Shown: positions 48,381-57,961 of the stretch, one piece after another | Layout of the letters: the number at the start of each line of letters is the position of its first letter | How positions within the stretch are numbered: the first letter of the stretch is position 1 | Origin: an archaeon | GTDB lineage: Archaea > Thermoplasmatota > Thermoplasmata > WALJ01 | Assembly: GCA_024278375.1 (NCBI GenBank) | Contig: JAJRTH010000092.1 | Location: 6,193 to 70,192, forward strand | Length of the DNA stretch: 64,000 nt | Direction of reading: 5' to 3' | Position numbers and translations under genes: made by a program | Notes under the pieces: generated by a model | Told to the model about the DNA's origin: nothing | What the model saw: only the letters and a program-made list of their open reading frames with translations | Databases searched by the model: none

Positions 48381-49760
48381 ATGAGAACCCTTTCCACATC
48401 GCTATCGCTAGCGTTGATAGCATTCACACTATCGAGCATCTTCATACCTTCGGGTAGCGGAGCCTCCATCCAGAGTTTTGATCTGCATATGGTCGGAGAG
48501 GCCGCTTTAAAGGATTCTGAGGGCAGATACAGAATGGTCGCAGGGATATGGCACCAATTTGATATCTATCTGGACACGAGTGCGGATGTCGTGGAGATAG
48601 AGATGCGGTACGGAGATTTTACGGACTGGGACACCACCAACCACTACCGTTGGCTTTATTCGGCGGGCAACTGGAGCGATGCGGAATATGGAATATATAT
48701 CGAACAGGATAAATGCGACAGAACTGGGACCCTTTACTCCTTTATAGTGGGTGTGGACGGAAAGGTTAATTACGGTTTGTGGAACCTGACGGTAAGGGCG
48801 GACGGAGAGGAGATATATGCATCGGAGATATATGTGGAAAAAGCTGTCGTAGGCGCTGATTTTCACTCGGCGGATTTTCTGCTGTGGGCGGTACCATTTA
48901 CCGCAGGAACGATAGACTCTGCGGATAAAATGCAGTATATTAGGATAGTGAATGGGGGCAATACACCGTTGTATTATAATATCACCTTCTCGGCCTTTTC
49001 AGATAGGATAAACCTCACGGGAGATGACGAGGTAATACACGTCGGTGGAGAGACCGTTCGGTACATCAGATTCGGGACGGATTCATGGAGCCCCAGAGTC
49101 ATAAAAATAAAGGGCAGGATAAATGTAGGGGCTATGTACAGGATACCTACGGCCAGTACAGCCACGCTTATAACAGGGGTCGGCTCAACATTTCCCTTAA
49201 CGATATATATCGGACATTCCGGATATGAGATACTGGAGAAAGACGGCCTGACAATCCAGATAAAGAGACGCATATCTTTGGACTATGGTGCGGAATCCGA
49301 GCTGAAAATCTTTTTAACAGGAAACGGTACTGCTATGGTGAACATACGCGGAGAAAACTGTACGATAGAGGAGATTATTTACAGGGGAGAAAAGAGAAAT
49401 CCTCCTTTTCCGGTGGTCCTGTCCGAGGAATTCGAGACAAACATAACGATAAGAATACGAGCGGACACCCCCGATGTCATAGCGAAGGTAATATACCTGA
49501 TAGAATATGGGGGAAAGGACAACATATACTCCACTGATGTAGAGGTCGGGCCAGCACCTCCTCCGGAGCCTGTACCACCGCAGGAGCCAGACAAAACCTT
49601 GGCTGCGGCCTTCATCATAGGAGCAGCGGCATTAGCTACTGCATACATAATGTTGACACATAAAAAGGCGGCGGATGAAGTGAAAAGGAAGGGCATTGAG
49701 GATGCGAGCGAGAAAAGACCAAGACGCACAAAAAAGAAGAGGGGAGGAGATAAGAGATGA
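48381..49760 (+). CDS. Membrane-anchored multi-Ig protein; putative pilus assembly chaperone (PapD/DUF916-like)
   Basis: Signal peptide, IRIVNGGNTPL motif, three beta-rich domains, Pro-rich linker (PAPPPEPVPP), TM helix, basic tail. Confidence 0.55.
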   Translation: MRTLSTSLSLALIAFTLSSIFIPSGSGASIQSFDLHMVGEAALKDSEGRYRMVAGIWHQFDIYLDTSADVVEIEMRYGDFTDWDTTNHYRWLYSAGNWSDAEYGIYIEQDKCDRTGTLYSFIVGVDGKVNYGLWNLTVRADGEEIYASEIYVEKAVVGADFHSADFLLWAVPFTAGTIDSADKMQYIRIVNGGNTPLYYNITFSAFSDRINLTGDDEVIHVGGETVRYIRFGTDSWSPRVIKIKGRINVGAMYRIPTASTATLITGVGSTFPLTIYIGHSGYEILEKDGLTIQIKRRISLDYGAESELKIFLTGNGTAMVNIRGENCTIEEIIYRGEKRNPPFPVVLSEEFETNITIRIRADTPDVIAKVIYLIEYGGKDNIYSTDVEVGPAPPPEPVPPQEPDKTLAAAFIIGAAALATAYIMLTHKKAADEVKRKGIEDASEKRPRRTKKKRGGDKR

Positions 49761-50422
49761 GGGGGAGGGCTATTCTGGCAATCTTTGCAATTTCCATGAT
49801 TCTCGTGGTGACCAATCCCGGAATCACAAAGGCAAACCCTGATGCCACTGGCGTATCCGTTCTGAACGTGGATCCCACGATCTCCTACATACACTTCTCG
49901 TCTTCCGACGGCATCCACATGGTACAGGTCACGGTTTCGGACTACAACTCATGGATGGATGTATATCGTATAACTGTGGAGTTCAGGGGAGAAAAAGGAC
50001 CTATAAGTGTGATAACATACACTCAGTATTCAGATAGAGCCAACATGACAACGAGAGTGGACTGGTTCAATGAGACATACGGTCACTACCTGATGGAGTC
50101 GAAATCTGGAATCGTGAGGGTATCCAACGGCACTACGGTGTCAGAAAAGTGCGAGATGAATGTGACCTTCGCTTTCAGACCGATAGAGGCAAGAAAAGTC
50201 GTTGTTACCGTGGAAGACCTGGAAGGCAGTATAGCCAGGGCAAGGGTGGATTATCCCCCCTTGTTCGGTTTTCCGATGGAAGAGGAGCCGATATCTACCG
50301 ATCTGATAGCCGTTGTTCTCTCTGTGTTCGGCACGGCAGGAGGAATAAAGCTGAAATACGGCTCATTCAAGAAGCCGATAAAGAATCTCAAGAATGGTGT
50401 CAAGGAGGTGAGTAAGAGATGA
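49757..50422 (+). CDS. Membrane-anchored single-domain paralogue of the putative pilin; putative base/anchor subunit
   Basis: Signal peptide; VDPTISYI~GSPVINDV, VTVSDYNSW~VDVTQDAGW, NVTFAFRP~NFSFTP; C-terminal TM and Lys-rich tail; ATGA overlaps on both sides. Confidence 0.55.
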   Translation: MRGRAILAIFAISMILVVTNPGITKANPDATGVSVLNVDPTISYIHFSSSDGIHMVQVTVSDYNSWMDVYRITVEFRGEKGPISVITYTQYSDRANMTTRVDWFNETYGHYLMESKSGIVRVSNGTTVSEKCEMNVTFAFRPIEARKVVVTVEDLEGSIARARVDYPPLFGFPMEEEPISTDLIAVVLSVFGTAGGIKLKYGSFKKPIKNLKNGVKEVSKR

Positions 50423-51324
50423 ACGGGAGGGACAAACTATCGATAATACCGTTCACGTTCTTTTTCTTCCTAGGACTGTATGTGGTAATAAAATTCTTCC
50501 TGGTCCTGTTCTGGACGCTCAACTTCAATACCAAGATAATCCTGGAACTTACACCTTTCTTCCTGTTCGGAATGAACCCGGTCCAGTTGCTTGTTCTGTC
50601 AGCCATCGTGGCCGGTTCTGATGCATATTTCCATTTCAAGAATCACGGTTGGAACATCGTGATATCCTTCGTGCCGACCGTCATAATGCTTATCGGCATA
50701 GGTGCCGCGATATATGCCAGCGAGTGGAACAATCCCTTTTACTATACGCTCTTCGCAATAATGCTGGGTGTCACCATCGTTGACCATCGATATCTCCTGA
50801 AGATAAACGGATATATCAGAGAGGAGGAGGGCGAAGAAGAGGTCGAAACGGTCGAAGAGGCTGCCGAGGAGGGCGCTGAGGAAGAATGGGAGGAGATAAC
50901 TCCTGCCGAAGAGGTCTCGGAGGTCGAGGTAGAGGAAGTAAGCGTAGCTCCGGAGGAAGAGAGGGAGATTGAGGAGATACTGGAGGCCGAGAAGATAGAG
51001 GAAGAACTGAGAGAGATGCCGGAAGAGGAAAGGGAGCACCTCGAAGAGGTGCCCGAGATACCGAAAGATATGATAGGCAAAATAGAGAGGCATGAAATCG
51101 CTGCCAGGGAAGAGGAAAAGGTCGAGCCCAAGACCGAGCCTGCGGAGATGTCCAAAGAGGAGAGGGAAAAGACCATAGAGGAGCTGCTCGAAGAACTGCT
51201 GGAAGCCACCGGTAAAAAGAGGGAGATGGAGAAAGGGAAGGAATGCCCGATATGCGGGGCCATGAACTCTATGGATGCCAAATACTGTAAGGAATGCGGT
51301 TCCGAACTGGAGGAGGGGGCATGA
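50419..51324 (+). CDS. 4-TM membrane protein with Glu-rich region and C-terminal Zn ribbon
   Basis: Four hydrophobic helices, about 140 aa of very acidic sequence, CPICG...CKECG. Confidence 0.75.
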   Translation: MNGRDKLSIIPFTFFFFLGLYVVIKFFLVLFWTLNFNTKIILELTPFFLFGMNPVQLLVLSAIVAGSDAYFHFKNHGWNIVISFVPTVIMLIGIGAAIYASEWNNPFYYTLFAIMLGVTIVDHRYLLKINGYIREEEGEEEVETVEEAAEEGAEEEWEEITPAEEVSEVEVEEVSVAPEEEREIEEILEAEKIEEELREMPEEEREHLEEVPEIPKDMIGKIERHEIAAREEEKVEPKTEPAEMSKEEREKTIEELLEELLEATGKKREMEKGKECPICGAMNSMDAKYCKECGSELEEGA

Positions 51325-54300
51325 AAAAGGTGGCGATGTTCCTCACTGCCCTGATGCTCATATCCGCCATACCCATGGCAGGCGGCGATACGCTGTTCAC
51401 ATTCGTCGACGGTTCCGGTACGGATTCTTCCCAGTTCGGGTTCAATGTCACTTATCTGGGCGATATCAACGGGGACGGCTACGATGATGTGGCTGTCGGA
51501 GCACCCTACAACGACAGCGCGGACGGTAGCAGGCCTGACTGCGGAGCGGTTTACATATTCTTTGGATATCCGAATATGGACATATTCCATGGGAACAATA
51601 TAGATATAGGGAGCGCCAACGTTACGATATACGGTGCGACGACAGGCGATTATTTCGGATGGAGCGTGGCGTACGGCGGCAACATCGACGGTTCCGGCGG
51701 AAGCATAATCATCGGTGCACCGGATAACGACACCGCTGATGGCAGCAAACCGAGCGCAGGTGCAGTCTATATATTCAATTCCACAGCATTCGTATCCTCT
51801 GGAAAGACCTATTCGGCAACCGATGCCAACTACACCATATATGGCGAGCAGAACTATACCAGATTCGGATTCTCCATCTCGGGAGGAGCGAATATAGACG
51901 GTCTGCTGTATGACGATTTCGTTGTCGGAGCCCCTGGAAAGGTGTATTTCTACGACAATATGGAATATTCCGACAGTCCAGGCGGTGCCACCACGCCTTA
52001 TCATGGGTGGACACATTATGGGAGCGGATTGACAGATGAATGGGAACACGGTACACCCTCGAACAGCGATAACGATGCGGATTCGGATGATTTTGGCCCT
52101 TATTCTGCATATTCGGGAAAATATTGCTGGGCTACAGATTTGGATAACGATTACTCTCTAGGAAGTTCGTTGAGCGACTTTATGGCTCTAAACACAACAG
52201 ATATCGACCTAACCGATTCTATGTATCCTCATCTGACATTTTACGATTGGCTCGAGATTGAGGGGGGCTCATATGATTACTGCAATATAAGCATATACAG
52301 GAGTTCGGATGACACGCTACTTCTAACTCTCGAGGCAGATTACGATGACACTCATGCTTGGCAAAAAAACGTATACAACATCTCGGCGGTTGCGGGAGAG
52401 ATAATATATGTGCAGTTCGCCCTTCATTCTGATTCCACGGTTGCCTATGCCGGCTGGTACATAGACGATGTAATGGTATATGAGAACAAAACCGGGAAAG
52501 CCTATGTTTTCTACGGTGATGGCTCGCTACCAGGGAGTGCTTCCAATGCCGATGTCGTGCTTCACGAGGGCAGAGGTAGCGAACTTTTCGGCTACTCTGT
52601 TTCCACAGGAGATGATTTGAACGGAGACGGATATGATGACATAGCAATAGGTTCTCCAGGATATGATTTCTTCAGGGGCAAGGTATCTGTTTATTACGGC
52701 GGACAGCTGGACCCTCAGGTTTATTTTCATGATGGCTTCGATGACGGAGTGTTCAATGGATGGGCCGCAGGCGGTGCTGCCACCGTCTCCATAAGCAGTA
52801 CGGTATATCATTCCGCACCGTATTCTCTTTTAATATCGGCAAGTGCGACAACAGCCACATACATCACAAAAACGATGTATTGCCGAAATGTCTCTAACCC
52901 CGTGATGTCGCTTTGGTGGAATCCGTAGGGAGATATAGCGAGGATATACATGCGCGATGACAATGAGGGCTCGTATTATCTTATAAGAGAGAGCACTGCC
53001 ACGGCATGGGAACAGGTCACGGTAGACCTGTCCAAAGAAGCGGCAGGCTACGGATTTGACCTTTCTGACGGATTGTGGATAGTCATTGGTGTGTGGACCG
53101 GTAATGGAGACATATATGTGGACGACATAAACCTAACTGGCATCCGAAGTACGGTATATTACGGCGAGAACGCAGGAAAAGGGCAGGAAAAGGGAGACGC
53201 CTTCGGTTCTTCCGTTGAAATCTCAGGAGATATGAACGGAGACGGCAGAGGCGAACTGGTTGTCGGTGCACCCAACGGCGGTCAGACAGAGGGAAGGGCC
53301 AAGATATACTACGGTCGTAGCATCCAGGAGCCTTCTGTCACTACATCCAAATACGGAGGGTTCATAATAGAATCGGATGGTTATGTTTGGGGGGCCCAGG
53401 CCTTCGTCCCAAAGGAGGATATAACCCTTGTTGCCATAGAACTCCAGATAAGATCCAGAGATGACTGTGCAGGGAAGGCATATGTGCGAATAAACGCCAC
53501 AAGCGGAAATCTCCCTGGCTCTGTCGTCGTCAGTTCCGTGGAATCCTTCCATGCACCGAGAACATTGCCGGCAGTATGGGTAAGAGTGGAATTTTCCGCC
53601 CCGGCAAAGCTATCTGCCGGAACGAGATATTGGATAGTGGTGAATACCTCAGATGCCTTCGGTTACCTCTGGTATTCCGACAATGGAGGCATATATTCGG
53701 ACGGAAGGTTCATAACCAATGGTGCGACCGTCCAGACCGGCGAAAACGCCACATTCCTTCTGCATTTCGAGGCCAATGTAACTCTCAACGGTACGCGGGC
53801 AGGCGACAGATTCGGTTATTCGGTATCCTGGGCGGATATGGACGGAGACGGCTATAACGACACGATTGTCGGCGCTCCATACAACGACACCGCATCCGGT
53901 ACACTTGCGGATGCCGGAGCCATCTATGTTTTCAGAGGGGGGCCCACAATGCAGAGCTACATCTCCGCTTCCAGTGCCGATTACATAAATTACAGTACAT
54001 CTGCGGGAGCCCACTTCGGATTCTCCGTTTCGAAAGCAGGAGATGTCAACGGAGACGGGTTCAATGATGTCATAGCAGGTTCACCCGCATACGCCATCGA
54101 TTCGGGTAAGGCGGAGATACTCTCATGCAAAAAACCACCGAATATTGTGGACTATGACCTGCTGGATTCCTCCGGAGCCTCAAGGTTGAACCAACAGATA
54201 GATGTCAATGCGGAGTATCATTTCATAGTCAATATCACTCATCCGAATGGGTGGCAGTATGTGGATTATGTGAGGGTAAGGGCATGGTATGACTTCGGGA

Positions 54301-55034
54301 GCGAGGCCACCGCATACAATGATACCAAAGGCGGAAACATAAACCTGTTTATTGAGTACGAGAACACTACCGGAACAGGAATCTTCAAACTCCTGTGGCC
54401 GACCGGAGGAGAGGTCGTCCTCGGAACCTGCTCCGACACAGTGATAAATTCCACGACATATTCCCTCGATTTCAACTTCACACCCATGTATCAGTTCAGA
54501 TATGCGCCCGGAGACGGAGTGTGGGATGCGGGACCGGGATTCAATGATGCGAATTCCTGGAATTTCGAAATAAACGTCACCGACTCCAGCGGGTGGTACG
54601 ATTCCGTGAAGGACGAGTTCGGCATATATCGCTTCACCTCGGTATCCGCCAGCGGAAACCCGTCGGTAACCGGATACCCAGGCTTTACATACGCTATGAC
54701 TCCCTCGACGATCGTCACATACAGTTCCAATGCCGACTTTCACATGAACGTCTCTCTTGTAGACGATTTGTGGAATGCCGGTAACACGGCCAGCATAGCT
54801 GCCAGAAACGTCGCCATAAACTGGACCGGCCATGTGCCCGATTCCTATGTGTCGTTCGCCGGGTCAGGCTCTGCAAATGCCATATGGATAATAGGAGATT
54901 CGGCCACACTGGTATCAGCACCTCTCAACGACACCTCTCAGAGCATAACCGTTTACTGGCAGATAACAATACCGGCAGGCACGATAGCAGATACATACAG
55001 CGCCACCGTCAATTACACCATATCTCAAACATAG
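51321..55034 (+). CDS. FG-GAP (integrin-alpha-like) beta-propeller adhesin with C-terminal pilin-like module; one in-frame TAG at 52926-52928
   Basis: ORFs 51294-52928 and 52950-55034 share a frame (CCG TAG GGA GAT ATA). Seven FG...GAP/GSP repeats, most with DxxGDG loops. The last ~300 aa are homologous to 47324-48346. Confidence 0.8.
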
Positions 55035-55077
55035 GGGAATCTTTAAATCCTGTTTCATATCGGCTCATGGTGATTTC

Positions 55078-56235
55078 ATGAAGGATTTCATATTCCACAG
55101 TCCGACGAAGATAATATTCGGAAGGGGCAAGAACGCTGAGATAGGCGAGGAATTGGCAAGAGATGGTGTGAAGAAGGTCCTGATGATCTACGGAAAGGGC
55201 AGCATAAAGAGGAACGGAGTATACGAGGAGGTAACATCTTCGCTAAACGACAACGGCATATCTTTCGTTGAACTCGGAGGAATAAAGCCCAATCCTGTGC
55301 TCAGCATGGTCTACGAGGGCATAGATTTGGCAAGAGCCGAGGGGTGCGAAGCCGTCCTCGGTGTCGGTGGTGGAAGCGTGATAGATTCCGCCAAGGCCAT
55401 AGCGGCGGGCATACCATACAAAGGAGATGTGTGGGATTTCTACTCTGGAAAGGGGCCTAGCGAGGCTCTACCGATATATGCGATACTTACATTATCGGCT
55501 ACAGGCTCCGAGATGAACGGGAATTCCGTGATAACAAGGGACGACAGCATGGAAAAGAAGGGGATGCACGGCGGAGCGATAACCACACCGAAGGTATCGA
55601 TAATAGACCCGAGCGTTCAGTTCTCTCTTCCGAAGGAACAGACGGTATACGGTGCAATAGACGCTATAACTCACGTTGCCGAGTACTATTTCAACGGTTC
55701 CAAGGAACTCAACTTTCCTGACAGGCTCTGCGAGTCCCTTATACGGACAATAATAGAGAGCACGGATGTCCTGCTCGAGAATCCTACGGATTACGATGCG
55801 AGGGCCGAACTCGCATGGAGCGCAACAATGGCACTGAACGGCATGACCGCAGTCGGAAGGGGAAGAGGTGACTGGTCCAGTCATCAGATAGAGCATGCTC
55901 TAAGTGCGATATATTACATAGCTCACGGAGCCGGTCTTGCCATAATTTTGCCGGCATGGCTGGAATACACCAAGGATGTCAACGGAGACAAGATAGTACA
56001 GATTGGAGAGAGGGTACTCGGGATCAAAGGAAATCCGGAGGAGACAATAGAAGAACTCATAAATGTCTATGCGGCCTGGGGAGCGCCAGTTTATCTGGAA
56101 GATGCGGGGATTCCTCCGTCGGATGCTGAAAAAATAGCGGAAAACGGCTCCATAGGCTATCCTCTCGGATCAGCAAAGACTCTCGAGAAAGAGGATGTCG
56201 TCGGAGTTCTGAAACTTGCATCGAAAAGCAAATAG
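55078..56235 (+). CDS. Iron-containing alcohol dehydrogenase (BdhA/YqhD-like)
   Basis: PTKIIFG, KPNP, GGGSVIDSAK, TLSATGSEMN, DAITH..E.Y, HQIEHALS, HGAGLA. Confidence 0.92.
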   Translation: MKDFIFHSPTKIIFGRGKNAEIGEELARDGVKKVLMIYGKGSIKRNGVYEEVTSSLNDNGISFVELGGIKPNPVLSMVYEGIDLARAEGCEAVLGVGGGSVIDSAKAIAAGIPYKGDVWDFYSGKGPSEALPIYAILTLSATGSEMNGNSVITRDDSMEKKGMHGGAITTPKVSIIDPSVQFSLPKEQTVYGAIDAITHVAEYYFNGSKELNFPDRLCESLIRTIIESTDVLLENPTDYDARAELAWSATMALNGMTAVGRGRGDWSSHQIEHALSAIYYIAHGAGLAIILPAWLEYTKDVNGDKIVQIGERVLGIKGNPEETIEELINVYAAWGAPVYLEDAGIPPSDAEKIAENGSIGYPLGSAKTLEKEDVVGVLKLASKSK

Positions 56236-56289
56236 CTCTCCTATGGCAATCTCTATATACTCTTTTTTCATTACCTGCCCGGGATACCC

Positions 56290-56928
56290 ATGATGATAAG
56301 GTGGCACGGACACGCATGCTTCGAAATATCCGGCTCTAAAACGGTGGTTATCGACCCACATGACGGAAAGTCCATAGGAATTCCAACCCCCAACGTGAGA
56401 GGGGATATCGTACTGGTTACCCACGATCACTTTGACCACAATGCCACGAGAATCGTGAAAGGAAGTCCGGAAATAATAAGGAGTTTTGTGGGCAAGAAAA
56501 AGATAGGAGGGCTTGAGATCCTCGGCATAAACGAGTACCATGACGAGATGGGTGGAGCGAAAAGAGGGCCGGTATCCATATACAGGTTCTCCATGGACGG
56601 TCTGGACCTGACCCATATGGGAGACATAGGCCATATACCCGACGAACATACGATAGGGAAACTGAGGGGCACGGACATACTTTTCATACCCGTCGGTGAT
56701 GTATTCACCGTCGGTGCATCGGATGCCTGGAAGATAGCCAGTAAGATAGCCCCCAGAGTAATCGTTCCAATGCACTACCGCATAGGCGGACTGTCGCTGT
56801 CCATAAAGCCGGTCAACGGTTTCCTCGAGAACCTGCCTCCAGAAAGGGTGATAAAGATAGGCAACAGCGTTGACTTCGAGAAAGAGGATCTGCCAGAAAA
56901 GACCGAGATATGGGTCTTCTCCCTCTGA
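56290..56928 (+). CDS. MBL-fold metallo-hydrolase
   Basis: WHGHACF, IDP, THDHFDH, HMGD, PMHY. Confidence 0.9.
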   Translation: MMIRWHGHACFEISGSKTVVIDPHDGKSIGIPTPNVRGDIVLVTHDHFDHNATRIVKGSPEIIRSFVGKKKIGGLEILGINEYHDEMGGAKRGPVSIYRFSMDGLDLTHMGDIGHIPDEHTIGKLRGTDILFIPVGDVFTVGASDAWKIASKIAPRVIVPMHYRIGGLSLSIKPVNGFLENLPPERVIKIGNSVDFEKEDLPEKTEIWVFSL

Positions 56929-56929
56929 C

Positions 56930-57367
56930 ATGACAATCATAAGGAATTTTGAGGAGAAGGACATAGGAGACATAACGGATATAGCGAAGCGCTCCCTAAA
57001 TACCGATTACGACCCCAGGTTCTACATCTCCATACACGAGCTGTGGCCGTCCGGTTTCCTGGTGGCCGAGGAGAACGGAAGGATAGTCGGGTTCATAGCG
57101 GGAGTGATGCCCCAAGAATCGGAGGCCAGAATTCTCATGATGGCCGTGAAAAAGCATTTCAGAAGAAGAGGCATAGGAAGAGCGCTCATGCATGCTTTCA
57201 TAAACAATTGCACCCTGATAGGCGCTAAACGCACATATCTGGAGGTTCGAAGGAGCAACACCGCCGCAATAAAGTTCTACAGAAGCCTCGGATTTTCGAC
57301 CGGAGCCAGTTACCCCTCGTACTATGATGACGGAGAGGATGCACTGATAATGTGGAAGACCCTATGA
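56930..57367 (+). CDS. RimI/Ard1-like N-acetyltransferase
   Basis: FLVAE..G.IVGF, AV...FRRRGIG, LEVRRSN..AI.FY...GF, YY.DGEDA. Confidence 0.9.
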   Translation: MTIIRNFEEKDIGDITDIAKRSLNTDYDPRFYISIHELWPSGFLVAEENGRIVGFIAGVMPQESEARILMMAVKKHFRRRGIGRALMHAFINNCTLIGAKRTYLEVRRSNTAAIKFYRSLGFSTGASYPSYYDDGEDALIMWKTL

Positions 57368-57424
57368 AGCGCCACGGAAGCAAGCACTGCAAAGATTATA
57401 AATAGAACATCCCCATATACTATC

Positions 57425-57961
57425 ATGAGACGATACAAGCTCAAACTCTGCCTCTTCGGTGGCGGAGGTGTCGGCAAGACCTCTCTGATACGAAGATATG
57501 TGTATGACGAGTTCGATGACAAATATCTTCAGACCATAGGGACCAAGGTGTCCAAGAAAGTGGTGGATGTCTTCATCAACGGTGAGGACGTGGAGGTACA
57601 GCTTTACATATGGGATATAATGGGGCAGAAAAACTACAGGGATGCTTTAAAAGAGGCGTATTTCCATGGTGCCGATGCCCTTCTCGGAGTTGCTGACATA
57701 ACCAGAAAGGAGACGTTGGAAGAGTTGGAGGAATGGATGGAGGCTATGAGGGGAGTGGTCAAGGATGGGGCTCCCGTGATATTTCTCGGCAACAAATGGG
57801 ACCTGAAGGAAGAGGCACAGTTCGGAAGAGAGGAGATTGAACTGGTGGCTGACAGATACCTTGGGGATTACTACTTCACCAGCGCCAAGACAGGGGAGCA
57901 TGTGGAGGAAGCTTTCGAAAAACTCGCGGAAAGAGCCGTGGAAAAGAGAATGGGTGATTGA
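57425..57961 (+). CDS. Small Ras-superfamily (Rab-like) GTPase
   Basis: G1 GGGGVGKTS, G2 YLQTIG, G3 WDIMGQ, G4 NKWD, G5 TSAKTG. Confidence 0.92.
   Translation: MRRYKLKLCLFGGGGVGKTSLIRRYVYDEFDDKYLQTIGTKVSKKVVDVFINGEDVEVQLYIWDIMGQKNYRDALKEAYFHGADALLGVADITRKETLEELEEWMEAMRGVVKDGAPVIFLGNKWDLKEEAQFGREEIELVADRYLGDYYFTSAKTGEHVEEAFEKLAERAVEKRMGD

Noticed and set aside
24..52928. Stop-codon reassignment (alternative genetic code) as the explanation for in-frame stops
   Set aside because: The interruptions include TAA, TGA and TAG as well as frameshifts, and all three codons terminate normal genes in this window.
47324..55034. Type IV pilus / archaellum or S-layer operon
   Set aside because: No class III signal peptides, PilB/ArlI ATPase or TadC/ArlJ platform. 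The putative major subunit has no membrane or lipid anchor of the kind expected for an S-layer protein.
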